From Vicugna vicugna (taxonomy: Eukaryota), in contig MU058444.1 in assembly GCA_013265495.1 (NCBI GenBank), positions 558,001 to 622,000 on the forward strand: 64,000 nucleotides of DNA, written 5' to 3'. Below, piece after piece: positions 13,998 through 26,900 of this stretch. A model generated the notes under the pieces. That model saw only the letters and a list, made by a program, of their open reading frames with translations, searched no databases and was not told the origin of the DNA. Each line of letters begins with the position of its first letter. Position 1 is the first letter of the stretch. Both the position numbers and the translations under genes were made by a program.

Positions 13998-14162
13998 GGG
14001 GGGAGGGTATAGCTCAGTGGTAGAGTGCATGCTTAGCATGCGCGAGGTCCTGGGATCCATCCCCAGCATCTCCATTAAAAAATAAATAAAAAAACAACTA
14101 ACCCTAATTATCTCCCCCCCCTGCAAAAAAAAAAAACCTAAAAAACCAAAAATTTTAAACAT
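13998..14162 (+). mobile_element. tRNA-Ala-derived SINE (vic-1-like)
   Basis: ggggagggtatagctcagtggtagag head, ctaattatctcccccc tail module, TSD aaaatgtttc(t)cttca on both sides. Confidence 0.92.
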
Positions 14163-15491
14163 AAAAATGTTTCCTTCAGAGCTAGTAAAGTACCACCCAT
14201 GACATATCTTTTATGTCTAAGTTGAGATCTAGGGCTTTCCACCCTCTGTTTTTGAGAATTCCATTTGTTTGTTTGTTTTTTGGAACTGGGTTTGTTTAGA
14301 AAGACGCCTCTTCCCAGCCACGGCTAGTGCATCACCTTGGGGTGGGGTCTCAGCTATTTTCTCGACCCTCAGGTGAGGAAACCTACATGCATGTAACGTG
14401 CATACGTGGAACGTTGATTGATCTCCCAAGTGTCTGTTCTTTCCTCCATCCTCTGCCTCGTTTATTCTGTCTTCCCCCCCTCCCAGTCTCTGAGGTTCCG
14501 CCGTCTTTTTAGTCAACTCCAGTTTCCAACTCTTTTCACCCTCTTTCACCTCCAGCCTCGGCACTTAGCTTCGGGCACTTTTTCCTCTTTTCATTTCCTG
14601 AGTACATTTCTTTCCGAATGTCGAGCACAGCCAGAGGCTATGTAGACGGGAAGTTACTTCTTATCCTTGTCTGCCCCGAGTCTCTACTCTGCCCACCTGG
14701 ACCAGCAACAAACAAGAAAACCCAGGGCGGCCGATGACTAGAAGCAGGAGGAGACAGCGCTAAGCCTTCGCAGTCAGATGGCTTTTCTGATCCGATGGCA
14801 GGAGAAAGACTGGGGTTTCCCACTCTGGAAGGCTCTGTTTACAGTGAAAGCATGAGAGGTTTTACAAGGAAGAATAGGATCTTTATAGGCAGAGAGACAG
14901 CTTTGAAACCCTGGGAGAAATTTCCCATTCTCAGTGTGTCTTCTCTTTCAGTTACCAAAAATGATGTGATCTGGGGGCCAAGTTTGTGACTAGACAGCCA
15001 TTTCATTTCACTTTCAGTTCTGTAGAAACCCTTGAGCCTTGAGCCTTGTTTGTGACGTCCCATTTTATTTCCAGTCTTCTTCTGTCCATGGCAGAGGCAG
15101 TATGGCTGGTTTCTTCACATATGTGCTCTCCTGTTGGTCCCCCCGCCACAACATCCCCTGGTGTATTTCCTAGGCAAGGGCTGGTTCTGGCTCCTCCCAG
15201 ATCTTACAGTTGTTGTATTTCAGTGTTTATCTCTGGAATAGCTTCTTGAAAAATCCCTTCCACTCTAGTGGGAAGGCATTAGTTATTCATCTCCCTGCCC
15301 AGAACCCTCCCCTGCTCTGACCCCTCCTGCTTCCACTCCCAGTGCAAACCCCCAAGCTGGTATCCCTATTGCTAGAGGCCAGGGCAAAATTTTAAAGGCT
15401 CTCACAGAGAGAGGAAAACATACACTCCTATGTAGGATAACCTTGTGTCTTCATTTTGCCCAGACATTTTTTTTAAAAAGTATACCATTAC

Positions 15492-15650
15492 GGGGGGAGG
15501 GTATAGCTCAAATGGTAGAGCGCATGCTTAACATGCATGAGGTCCTGTGTTCAATCCCCAGTACCTCTTCTAAAAGTAAATAAACCTAATTACCACCCCA
15601 CTACTGCCAAAATAAAATACTTAAATAATACGATAATAAATAAATAAAAT
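15492..15650 (+). mobile_element. tRNA-Ala-derived SINE (first of a nested pair)
   Basis: Full head with A/B boxes, tail module and A-rich end. Confidence 0.92.
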
Positions 15651-15661
15651 ATTTAAAAAGT

Positions 15662-15790
15662 GGGGGTGAGTTTATAGCTCAAGTGGTAGAGTGTGTGCTT
15701 AGCATGCACAAGGTCCTGGGTTCAATCCCCAGTGCCTCCTCTGAAAACAAATAAATAAATAACTCTAATTATCTCCCCCAACACACACAC
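15662..15790 (+). mobile_element. tRNA-Ala-derived SINE (second of a nested pair)
   Basis: Full head and tail module. Sits inside the right TSD of the previous copy. Confidence 0.9.
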
Positions 15791-15870
15791 AAAGTATACC
15801 ATCACGTTTTTCTATTTGAAAGAATTTTACTTTAAAAAAGTCTTTTTGAAAAGAAATACTTAACAAATCT

Positions 15871-15916
15871 GTTAATGTAACAAACCGTTAATGTAACAAA
15901 GCGTTAATGTAACAAA
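15871..15916. repeat. 16-bp-period minisatellite, GTTAATGTAACAAA x3
   Basis: Units at 15871, 15887 and 15903, separated by cc and gc. Confidence 0.95.
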
Positions 15917-18409
15917 CTCTTGTTACCAGGATCAGCTGATACATGGAAGTAAAACTTGTATCTTCCGCCTAACTTACCCAGTTTTATAAATTTTTAGCAT
16001 GCTATCTGTTATTTGTAGATTTTTGGTGCTGAAGTAAAGGAACAATCTATCAATGTGACCAGTAGGACATTACTCTCATTGAAAATTGCCTTTTTCCTTT
16101 TATTATCATCGATTCGTTCCTTTAATGCTTCCAAATTTATTCACATATCTTGCCTTTCATTCTGATTTTTCGCTTCGCTTTCCCTCTTCCCATAGGGAAC
16201 TATACTGAAGTTTTTTTGGTGGGGGGTGATAGTATATCTTCTTTCAGAAGTTGCATCATTATTTTGTGTGTTACAATTTAATTTGCATAAGCTATTGTGT
16301 GACATGCCTCGCTCTTTTTCTGTGGGTTTCTTTATTCTCTGTAACAGGAGGGTATTGGGCTTGGCTCCCAAACCCTTACTCTGGGATATAAGCTGGGGTG
16401 ATTGCATCGGAATTACCTGGAGATCTTAGAAAAATGCAGAGCAATGAGACTCACTTGAAACTAAACTCAGAACTGCCACTGGACTGAGGGATCTTAAAGT
16501 TTGTACCCCACTGAAAATTCTGTGCTCCCTCTGTGATAGCAAACGTTTCCTTTTTTGCTGTTTAAATTCTGTAATGATCCAGCAAGAAAATGAATTTCAG
16601 TATGAAAAATTACTTTACAAAGAAAAACTGTTTGTACTGACATGTTTATAAATGCTTGATTATAATTGATTTTTTTTTTCTACTAAACCCCTAGTAAGTA
16701 AAAGGAAAAAAAAACTGTTAAATGGTATATTTATTAACTGAGGTCACAGGATTTTTTTTTTTTAAACTAGAGAAAGTTATAAAATTTATGGTTGAGTTCT
16801 TAATCAAAATTGTCCCCATGGCTTATAACATTTACAACTGGGCTGAGTGTTTATACATCCAGTATTCTTGGACTTACCGAATCAGAGGGTACTTGTTTTT
16901 CTCCCAGTGCACTACTTCAATTATTAAAAGTCATTTCTCTTTGAAAAAATACCACAGCTGACAACACAGACTTTCTTATGATTTACTTTATAAGAAATTA
17001 AAGTGCCTTTTTCGTAAAAAGAGATTTTGAAATATAGCAATCCTTTATATTAGAATTATGTTTTTGCTAAGCAGGGTGAAGCATCTTACTTGAAACGTAT
17101 TTTATCTTTACGATATGCCAACGGACTATTTACTGATCCGTTTTTATTAGGCTCTTTTCCAAGCAGCTGCTTTTGAGATGGTAGAGTAAGAATAAAAAAG
17201 GAAATATAGCTTGCCTGCGATGAAAAAGTGAGAGTTCAATGAGCAAGATGAAGGTGTTCGCCCTCCAATTCCTTCCATTATTTGTCTTCTCTCCGTAGAG
17301 GATCACGCCGCTTAGAATAAGCCAAGGTTGAGACATCTATTAGAAAAGGGCGGAATCTACGTAGAAAAGGTAGGTAGGTTCTCACAATAGAATGAGAAAT
17401 ACACAGTTTCAAAAACAGAGGAGGAAGACAACAGGTGTCATAGATAACCGACTCTTTGGGTGAGTGGGGTCTTGTTATCTTTTATTTTCACATCATGGAG
17501 CATTGGGGGTTGGCTCACCGACTTTGGAACCTGTGTTGAGGTCTCATGGCTGTATGGGGCCATGTGAATGAGGCAGGAAGACAGAAGAAGAAAGGAAAGA
17601 AACTGCTCTATCCAGGATGGGTCAGAGGGACAAGGTCTTTCCATAAACTGGCTTCAGCCTGGTTCCTAGTTCATGGCCATTTGTTCTTTAAAACTTTTGG
17701 ATATTTCAACCTATACATTTTGACGTTTCTCATTCATTTCTTTCCCCCCATTTTTTCTCTCCTACTTCTTAGTTTTCAAATTTCATCCATTTGTAAATTT
17801 TTTTTTTATTTTTACCATTATTGAGAATATCTTAACTGGTATAATCATTGCATGGCTACTCGGAGAATTGACTCTCGTAATCTACAGAAATTCAATAAAT
17901 GAATTAAAATATTAATATGAAAGGCGTTATTTCTAACATGGGCTAAATTTTTTAGTAGCTCCTCTGAAATGAGATTTCTCATCTGAGGTGTCTTTTGATA
18001 TTTTAACAGAAATCAGTCTACAGATGTTAAAGCAGATTGTGACTTAGCTGGAGAAGGGAAAAATCTAAAGTAATTTTAAACCTTCACCAAATGGTTCAAA
18101 GGCTAGGGAGTTTTGAAATAAAAATTTGCTTTTCTAATGTAAGCTGTAAATATTTAGATCTAAAGATGTGAAAGATCCTTTTACAAATATATTTCAAGAA
18201 TAAAGCAACACCTCTTTGACATAAGCAGTTGGCAATGGTGCACAGATTAAGGAGCAGAAAACAAGCACCAAGTTGAGTGATTTGGTTCAAGGTTAAAAAA
18301 TCCTTGTCCAACTAAATAGCCTAATTCCCTGCCAGTAACAAAGGGACTAGACTTTGCAACTTTTTTATTCCAACATGAAGTCTGGGAACCCTGGAGTCTG
18401 GAAGTTGAC

Positions 18410-18830
18410 CAAGCACACGTATTTATTTATTTCACGAAGATTTCTTGAATGTCCCTTATTTGCAAAGCACTGCGTCTGTGCTGGTCACGCATTGGAAAGC
18501 ATGATGAGCCTTTGCCAGGTACTTTTCTTCATTTGGGAAAAATAGAAATTAAATAAACAAGCAAAAAAAATCATTATAAATGATGCTTGTGACAACTGCT
18601 ATGCAGAAGACAGTCAAGTAGTCGTGAGTGCAGGGAACAGAGGTCCTGATCTAATCTGGTCATCAGGAAAGACTTAAGGAGGAAGTGAGGTCTTGTCTGA
18701 GGTTTGACAGGAAGCAAAGTTTGGGGCCAGACTGGGCATCAGGTCAGAGGGAAGAGCATCGGGGAAGGTTTCCAGGCAGGAAAGAAAAGGAACAGGGAGA
18801 GTTTGAGAAAATGAAAGCAGGCCAGGATAT
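18410..18830 (-). mobile_element. L2 LINE fragment
   Basis: atttatttattt...ttgaatgtcc...gcactgcgtctgtgctgg L2 3'-end pattern followed by caggaaagacttaaggaggaagtga. Confidence 0.55.
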
Positions 18831-20305
18831 GGAAGAAACAACTGGAAACAGGAAGTATGGCTGGAAGTCAGCAAGAAGTCAGACAGACGGACAGGTCTGC
18901 CGCCCTGGGCACGATGGCTCTTCTGAACTTGTGAGAAGAAAGCAGAGAGGGAGATGGAGGGTGGTCCCTGAATTTTGTAAGATAGAAACTGTTGCTTAGA
19001 AAAAGTAGACCCCAGGCCACTTACTCAATGGACAGCATTTTATTTAACTTTGCAGACAATCATAAAGTAGGGGTTTTATCCTCTTTGTTTTACATGCAAA
19101 GGAACTGAGGCTCAGAAAGTATAAATAATTTGTACACGATTCCACAAAACTAGCGTAAAGCTGATACTTGACTAATTTTTCTTAAGAAACTCCCTCCTCC
19201 AAAAAAAAAAAAATCTATAGATGAAAGGGCATCACCACTTGGACATCTCCATCCTGGAGTCATGGGTTTCACTCTGGTCAGATGGCAGGACCTAGACCTC
19301 AGAACAGGAGCGAAGTAACCACTGAGGCCACCTGACTTCCTTCAGTCTCCAGATGAGGCACTAGAGACTGAAGATGCAGAGTGACACCCGCAAGCTCAGC
19401 GTGATGAACACCGCATATGCTTTTCACATCTCGTCCCCAGGCTCCAGCCAACCTTCCTGTAGTTCCAAAGGCTAACGGCTAAAAGAGTCCCTGTTTAGTG
19501 ACTACTCTGACAAAAATGGACTGAACTATGTAGCCACATTTACTGAAAAAATTCTTTTTACATTTTGGAAGCAAAACCTCCTTCCCCTCATTAATAATGT
19601 CTGTTTGTGTTCGGTCCACATCACTAGAAATTCCTTCTGTGCGAGTAAACGCAGGTAATTTATTTTCTATCATCACAGAGATGCACTGCTTTGCTCTCAA
19701 TTCTAAAGCTTTTCTGACAACTTTTGGACTTAATGGGAACTGGATGACTACGAAGATGCTGTAGATGAAGAAAGCTTTGAGGTGGGAGGAGCAGGAGAAA
19801 AAGGTCCATAAACTCAAAATTGGTTTTTAATGTTTTGAGATTTTTTTTTTCAGGAAACAAAATCTGAGCCCTGTTTGCCTACACCAAATTGTTTTTAAGA
19901 CGGATGACTTTGTGTAATACTTTCATAAAGAACATTCTGTGTGAAATGGCCAGATGCGTATTAATTGAACTTTCCACACTAAGAATTGAATGCCAGTGAG
20001 CAGGTATTTTAATAGAAGCAGTTCTGAAAAACATTTATTTTGTTAGGTTCCCCTCTTGAGGGCAAAAAGAACATCTCAACACAATAGATGTCTTAATGAC
20101 AGGCTGGCATTTGAAACCAGGCATGTTTCAGATTATCTAATTGTCAGTTATTTTAAAATGTACTTAATATAATCACAAGCAATTGGCTTTTATATTTCTT
20201 CCAGGAAACGGAGGACAATCCATTTCTCATACATCTGTGCCAGAGCTCATGTGCTGTTGTCTTGATGAAAGTTTTTATTGTACCACTTTCAATAAACTCA
20301 CTTTA

Positions 20306-20396
20306 GAGGGGAGGGGATAGCTCAGGGGTAGAGTGCATGCTGAGCATACGTGAGGTCCTGGGTTCAATCCCCAGAACCTCCGTTAAAAAAAAAAAA
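20306..20396 (+). mobile_element. tRNA-Ala-derived SINE, short form (head plus poly-A)
   Basis: Head directly followed by an A run. TSD aaactcacttta/aaagtcacttta. Confidence 0.92.
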
Positions 20397-20659
20397 AGTC
20401 ACTTTAAAAATTAAGAATTCGCTAACTTGAAAGAGATGTGCACTCGGAGGCAGGCTGGATGGCTTTTAGTGAAGGAGAGTATCCTTGGAGAGAGATGAGT
20501 TTTAAAGCTCTTGTAAAATAAGATGCTGGCCCCTTAGGATGTATTGACTCTGCCTGTGTCTCATAAGCAGAGAGAAACTGTCCGTTTGTATCGTGCTCAG
20601 ATAGAGGCACTAAGGAAAAATGAGCTTTCTGTGCTTCATGGCACTCAGCTGCCACCTGC

Positions 20660-21040
20660 CCCGTCCCCATCGCGGGGTGTCTCAGGTGGAGGTGGAGCCT
20701 GAGACAGAGGCCCCGGTGTCCGGATTCGCTGAGGATGTGGCTCTTCAGAAGAACGCCCTGTAAGGGAGGGTGTGCGTCCTTACCGGGAAGGGCAAGGATA
20801 GAGCAAGCATGGCCTCAGACAGGCCAGCCTTCTCCTAATTCACCGGGAGAGGGCTCTGGAGCATAAATCGCAGGGTTATCCACCCTTGAGGCAAAGGAGC
20901 TGCCCTTGGATACCCTCCATCAGTCATGATGGGCTGTGGACCTTGGCGCGGGGCGAGGGTCAAGGAGCTCTGCATTAGGGGACACTCTGCTCAGTGGAGG
21001 TCAATGGTCTGTGAGAGGAGGTGGCTGTGGGCTCTGAAGT
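20660..21040. mobile_element. MaLR LTR fragment (MLT1-like)
   Basis: gagcctgagacagagg...ctcttcagaagaacgccctgtaagggagggtg pattern; approximate. Confidence 0.45.
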
Positions 21041-21829
21041 ATGATAAAATCCCTGATGGAGGTGTTCATCTTTGCAAATGGAGTTTTTAAAATACACGTA
21101 TTTTGCTTACCTTCGAACCTCCTTTTAATGCTATCCTTTTTCTTAAATGTCTTTTACGTGAGGTTGATCCATATGAAATCACATTATTCAACCGTTGTCG
21201 ACTTAGAAAAACATCAGTTTTCTCAGTTTCATAGAATTCAACCTAGTTACCACATTGCTTTAATTTATTTGGGTTCCTTCACGCAATAAAAGCCATACCC
21301 AGCAGGTGGCGTTTACATGTAGTTAAGGAGTCTCTTTATTTTGAAGCTTCAGGGCAAAATTTTCCCGTGTGGCCTCATCTGGCCTAATGCTTGACCACCG
21401 TTTCATCTCTTTCACTAAAAATATGACCATAAAATTGTTTCAGATGGTTACATTTGTTGGAATTTATCCATAAGTGACTGATGACAAATGCACCTCGGAC
21501 ACTTCATGAATGGCCACCAAAGAATGGTCCCCATTTGCCCTCTGAGAAGCCATATGTGCTACATGTCCTGTGGATCAAATAGAAATCTCTTTTGCAGAAG
21601 AAAGATATGACAGTGGGATTGGACCCTTCCTCAGGCTGTTTAAAAATATTTATTTGGCTCCCATTGGGAGCAGAGATACTTCCTTGGCTCTTGAGATATT
21701 CAAGTGAAATGTAACATCACTCCTGGCCCTTATAGTAGCACAGGCCAACCACTGGAAAAATCTTACACGTTTGAGGCTGTATTATTAGGAATTCACGTGT
21801 ATGATGGTCATATCTTCTTGTTCAGTGAT

Positions 21830-22640
21830 TTTTTTTTTTACCAGTATATAATTCCATTTTAAAGATAGTAAGACTGCTCTCCCAGTTTTATTTTGCCTCA
21901 TTTTGGAGAGAGAAATCTTTTCCTCCTTTTTTCTTTTCAACTTACGTATGTCTTCTTGTTTGTGTGCATCTCTTGCTGAGCATAAATTCTCCCATTTTGA
22001 TTTTTTATTTTATTATGAGAGACTTCTCTTCATGTGTAAGATGATCTCATTCCAGGGTGTTAATTCTACCATCTTATTTTATGTTTTCCATTACTGTGTT
22101 TGTTTTAATCTCTTCTTTCCAGCTTTCCACCTGAGAGATATGGTGATAATTTGTTAGTTTAGAATTTCTTCATCCTACTTTGTTGGTATGATTGCCCTTA
22201 GTTTAGGGCCCACATTCATTTTTATGTACCTCTGTCAATATCAATGTCTTCTCCCAGTAAAACAAGTTCATTTGGCCCCTTCCATGGTCTCTCAACATGT
22301 TGACATTTTTCAATTCTAGAGTTTTGTTTTTGGCATGTTATGTCTATAATTTCTTCCTTTCTTTTCCGTAGTTTTTTTGCGTGTTTTTTTTATGACAATG
22401 ATACACTTACTCAGCGTGTTTTATTACCTTACCTTCCTCTATTTCTTGCTGCATCTTTCTGTGTTTATTTATCTTCTTATTCAAGTCTTTGATCCAAGAA
22501 AGTTTTAAGATGGGTCTTTATTTGGGAAATATTTTGAGGCCTTGTATGACTGAGGATATATTCTGTGCTTTCATATTTATAGGACATTTTAACAGTTTAC
22601 TAAATTCCAAGGGATAAAAATCTTAGACAAATTTGGTAAT
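21830..22640 (-). mobile_element. Old, degenerate L1 fragment
   Basis: Long T-rich decayed stretch typical of antisense L1M; no ORF. Confidence 0.4.
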
Positions 22641-23497
22641 ATGATAAGTGTTTTTACCCTAATTTCCAAAAGATCTCAGTCTTTAGAATGGCTGAAACCT
22701 ACTAATATAACATAACTAAATAGAGAGTTTGTCTGTGGGCTTCTTAGCAATCAGTAAATACCCAACCTATTGTAGGGTTTCAAGTTTTGGTACAGAACTA
22801 CCATGGTGTTAGGATGTGGTTCTAGCCGGGACGTAGCAAGGGGTCAAAGAGGACAGGTTCTCCATACTGGAGACCTTAGATTACAACAAGGCTCCAGAAA
22901 GCAAGGCTGACAGAATCCCTTAGGCGTGTTCTAAAACCCAGTTGCAGTGCCTGACAGATCTGTGCAGTTGGGGCAGGGAACGTGGACGTCCTGAAAGTTC
23001 AAAGGTGTATAACAGACATGGTAGAGTGTTAGGCGGTGCTTACATCATTCCTGGAATGTGGTTTGAAATTATGCAGGGGGAGATGTCGGGGATGGAGAAA
23101 GAGGGCCCAGCTCCAGGGAGGTGGGGCTGGCAGGTACCAGATAGGAGGCACCTTCCACTTCATGTGTCGGCTTACAGTCCTCTGCTCACCTGCCTACCCA
23201 CCATTCACGCATCCTCTCCCTCTTCAGCCTCCCTCTGCATACTCTCAAAGATCCCCCTGGGGGAGCAGTGTTAGGAGAGAGCAGGGTGGAGTCTGGTTGA
23301 GGGTCTCTGGAGGTGGGGGTATGACTGACCCCATCACAGTCATGCCTGCTCCTCCTCTTCAGAAACACTTCCAGATTTTTGTGATACACGAGTTGATGCC
23401 TCTTGACACACTCCTGGGTTCTGCCAGAGGTTTCCTGCAACTGGGGATAACTAGGTACAAATTAGGAACAGCTAGGGTGGGACTAAGGCTGGGCAGG

Positions 23498-23969
23498 TGT
23501 CCAAGCTTGAACTGGTCACCATACAACAGGTCAATAAATGGAGAAAACGTTGTTGGGGCAAGGAATAGTGACTTTATTCTGAAAGCCAGAAGACTGAGAA
23601 GATGGTGGACCAGTGTCCCAGAGAACCATCTTGCCTGAGTTAGAATTCAGGTTTCTTTGATACTAAAAGGGGAGGGAGTAAAGTCAAGCATTTCCTGCTT
23701 CCGGTTAGCTTCTGGAGAGAAGGTGTTGATTTCTTCCTTCCTGCTGCCAGTCCCAGGTGGGCCTGGTCAGGATGTTTCCTGTGAGCTAAACAAAGGTATT
23801 TTAGCTTAAACGCTCATTACCTGGGGGGCAGGGCTCCCAGAGATGGGCCATTATGTGTAATTTAAGTTTATAGGCAACATCCCTTTAGTGATAAACAAGC
23901 CATAGAATGCAAAGGTTAAAATAAAAGAAACAGATCTTATATAGAGTCAGATTTGTTTCTCCCAATCAT
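23498..23969 (-). mobile_element. ERV1-class solo LTR
   Basis: gttgttggggcaaggaatagtgactttattctgaaagccag...gaaccatcttgcctgagttagaattcagg resembles cetartiodactyl ERV1 LTRs. Antisense AATAAA (tttatt) near 23574. Confidence 0.7.
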
Positions 23970-26900
23970 AATATGTCACATTGAAATAAACGGGTAATGC
24001 CCCATATATTCTGTGGAAGAGAGAGGACAGGGCGAGAAGACTCCACCAACATCATCCGTTGTGCAGAAGGAGACATTTGGTTTCTGACGGTGCTGGAGTT
24101 AGTCTGACACTGAAAACAGTTGAAAATGATGTTTCATTTCAATTGCTGTAGCACTGAGCAGCTAATCATGCCCTTAAAGGGGAGAGGAAAAAAAGAGAGC
24201 AACCAATATCCTTCCTTGTCAATTCCAATTTCAGTTTCCGGAATTTATTTTCGGTCCTAAAATGTTGCTAGAATGGAGATTTTGCTCCATTTCCATTCCA
24301 GCCCGGGAACTGTGCAGTGAAGAAAGTGAATGATCTGTCTGATCCCCTCGGGGAGTGGCTTTCTGGTTGAGAAAGAAGAAGCAACTCTAGGTGAAAAATG
24401 TGAGTCAACATTGGGACGTGCTATTTGTTTTCAAAAACAGGCTGATCGCGCAGATGGCAAAAATTCCATCCTCCTGCCCTTTTGAAGGTGATCGTCGGGG
24501 GAGGAGGGGATTCTAACATGTCCTGAGTCTGGGCCTCCTGGGATGGAAGAGGAAAGGTCAGGAGTGAAAAATAGTATAATTGGGGAATTTTCAGCCATAT
24601 CTCAAGAGACCTGCTGCAAAGATCAAAGCAGAACATTCTTGTTCTCTTACTGGTGTTAGACTTACTGGTACTTAGACACCAGTATGATGATATTAATGAT
24701 CAGCACTTAGCAGCGAGTTTTCTGTGGGTTTACCAAACAACTCACATGAACTGAATTCCAGCTGAACATGTGCGAAGACTCAGGGAACACACAGAAGGAT
24801 GCTGTGAATCTGTGTCTGTGAAAGGTCACACAAGGAGCGATTGGCACACGTTGGAACTGCCATGAAGGATCCCAGGTGACAGTCTACGGAGAAGGCATCC
24901 CCGTGTGTGTCCCTTCCTCCCCAGCTGTGGTTCAGTGTGGGAGACTCCAGAAAGGGACATTGTTTTTTTTCCTTCTGAGACAGCATCACTTATCAGTGAA
25001 TGGATTTTTGCTTACCTATCAGACTCACTGAACAATCCAAGCAGAGAAGGAGTGGAACTCATCGAGTTAGGGCCCAGAACTTAAAGATAGGAAAATCAGG
25101 GGCCCAGAGACAAAGGGATTTTCCCCAGTCTACACTGGAAGTTAGTGGCCTAGACAAATTTGTAAACCTTTGGATACCACCAAAAATAGATGCTGTACCT
25201 TTAAATTCTAAAATGAAATATTCAAGCTACTGATGGGGTTTTGTAATTAAAAAAAGAAAAACTATTGAATGCTAATGCGGATGAAATCTTTAAGATGTGT
25301 CAGTGGGAGGAGCGTGTGTCTGACTATCATTAAGGCAGCTACGTCCTCACTGCACTAATCGTGACCTGCCCGCGTTAGGGACAGACCCGGAGCACTGCCC
25401 GTGTTTTGTTCCCAGGCATAGATGCTTGAACGATAAAATCAATCAGCTAGTGTTTGGTGCACAAAATGCCAGCGTATGGTGGGTCCTGTCCTCAAACAGC
25501 TTGGGGCCTTTGGGGGAAATGAGACAAACTCATGTTTAACAGCCTTAATTCGTGGAACGCGCATTTTCAAGGACTTCCTAGGCTTGGTTTCCCCAGCGGA
25601 GCCGATGCAGGCGAAATCTCCACTCCAGAACTGGCTTCCTGGAGTGCTTGCACTCATTTTGCCCACCCGCTCTGAATTTTCTCCCTGTCTTCCCGTCAGC
25701 CCAACGATGAGTAATTCCTTTCCAGCTACGAACCCCCACCCCTATCAGGGGACTTGCCCTGTAGCTTTCAGCCTCTCGGGAAGAGGGGCCTTCCTGCCAG
25801 ACCAGGTCAGACTCACCTGCTCTGAACCCTCGTAACACACCGAACTTGTACTTCAGAGCACACTGTTTTGTGTTTGCGCCCGTAGAATCCTGCTTATGTT
25901 GAGATCTGCCTCTCCCACCGCACTGTGGTCTCCGGGGGCAGGACGATCTCTCTTTGTTCACTGTCATGTCTCTAACATCCAGCACAGTGTCTGGCGCATT
26001 AGCTCACATCAACGGGCACATCAGTAAAAAAAGACCCCCGGTAAATTATTTAATTATACACTTGCAGGACCACTTAATTGATTAGGACTGTTTGACTATA
26101 GTTCATGTCAGTTGTGGATAGATAAATATTTGGAAAACATCAGTTCCACCAGCTCATATGAAAATGTTGGCTGTGGTCTCAATTTTCAACCTATGGTAGG
26201 ATTGGCACCTGCTGGGACCCACTTGAAATGCAGGTGCTCAGGTCCCTCTCTGGACTTACTGCGTCAGGGGCTGAAATTTCCAGAACTCCCCGGGTACTTC
26301 CTGTGGGTTGGGGTATGTTGTTGAACAGGGATTAGAAACTCAAATATTTTGTTTGGCCAGGCAGAGGGCAGAGCCCCTAAGTGAGTGAAGGAAACCAGAC
26401 AGACATGTATAAATAATCATGATCCTAGGTGACCTCCGTCGGTAGGACTGGTGGCCCCTCGGTTGACCTGGAGATTAGCTTCATCTAAAGGGGGCAGCGC
26501 TGTACAGATCAAGACAATTGCAGGCCTAGTGTTGCGAGACCCTTGAGCAGTTCAAGAGAAGGAGACACGAACCTGCAGGTAGAATCTGTGGACTCAAACA
26601 CTGGCAACTACATTCAATTCTTTTTGAAGGAGGAGAATCATGAAGGTCCAACAAACACATGCGTGATAGCGCTGGTTCAAAAAGTTTGCAAGGTTTCTCT
26701 GGTTTGCAAAGTTTCCTACAAATCAGGAGCCTGGGGGATGCAGTATATACTTCTAATTCTTCACTAACACAGACTTCTTTAGTTTTGCAAGTCAGAAAAC
26801 TCTCTTTTCTCTGTTTCCTGCCTATTCTCTTTTATTACTAATTTATCTATTCAATACACATTGTGTCTTTCCTCTGTGCTGAGTGGGCTCTGTCCCAAGG

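Noticed and set aside
15871..15916. CRISPR-like array
   Set aside because: The spacers are only 2 bp, the context is eukaryotic and there are no cas genes.
19479..19860. Unique-looking stretch with a 112-aa minus-strand ORF as a processed pseudogene or exon
   Set aside because: No recognisable homology, no poly-A or TSD, and no convincing acceptor/donor pair.
23036..23638. Longest ORF (200 aa) as a retroviral or novel protein
   Set aside because: It has a non-ATG start, no gag/pol/env motifs, and runs into an antisense LTR.
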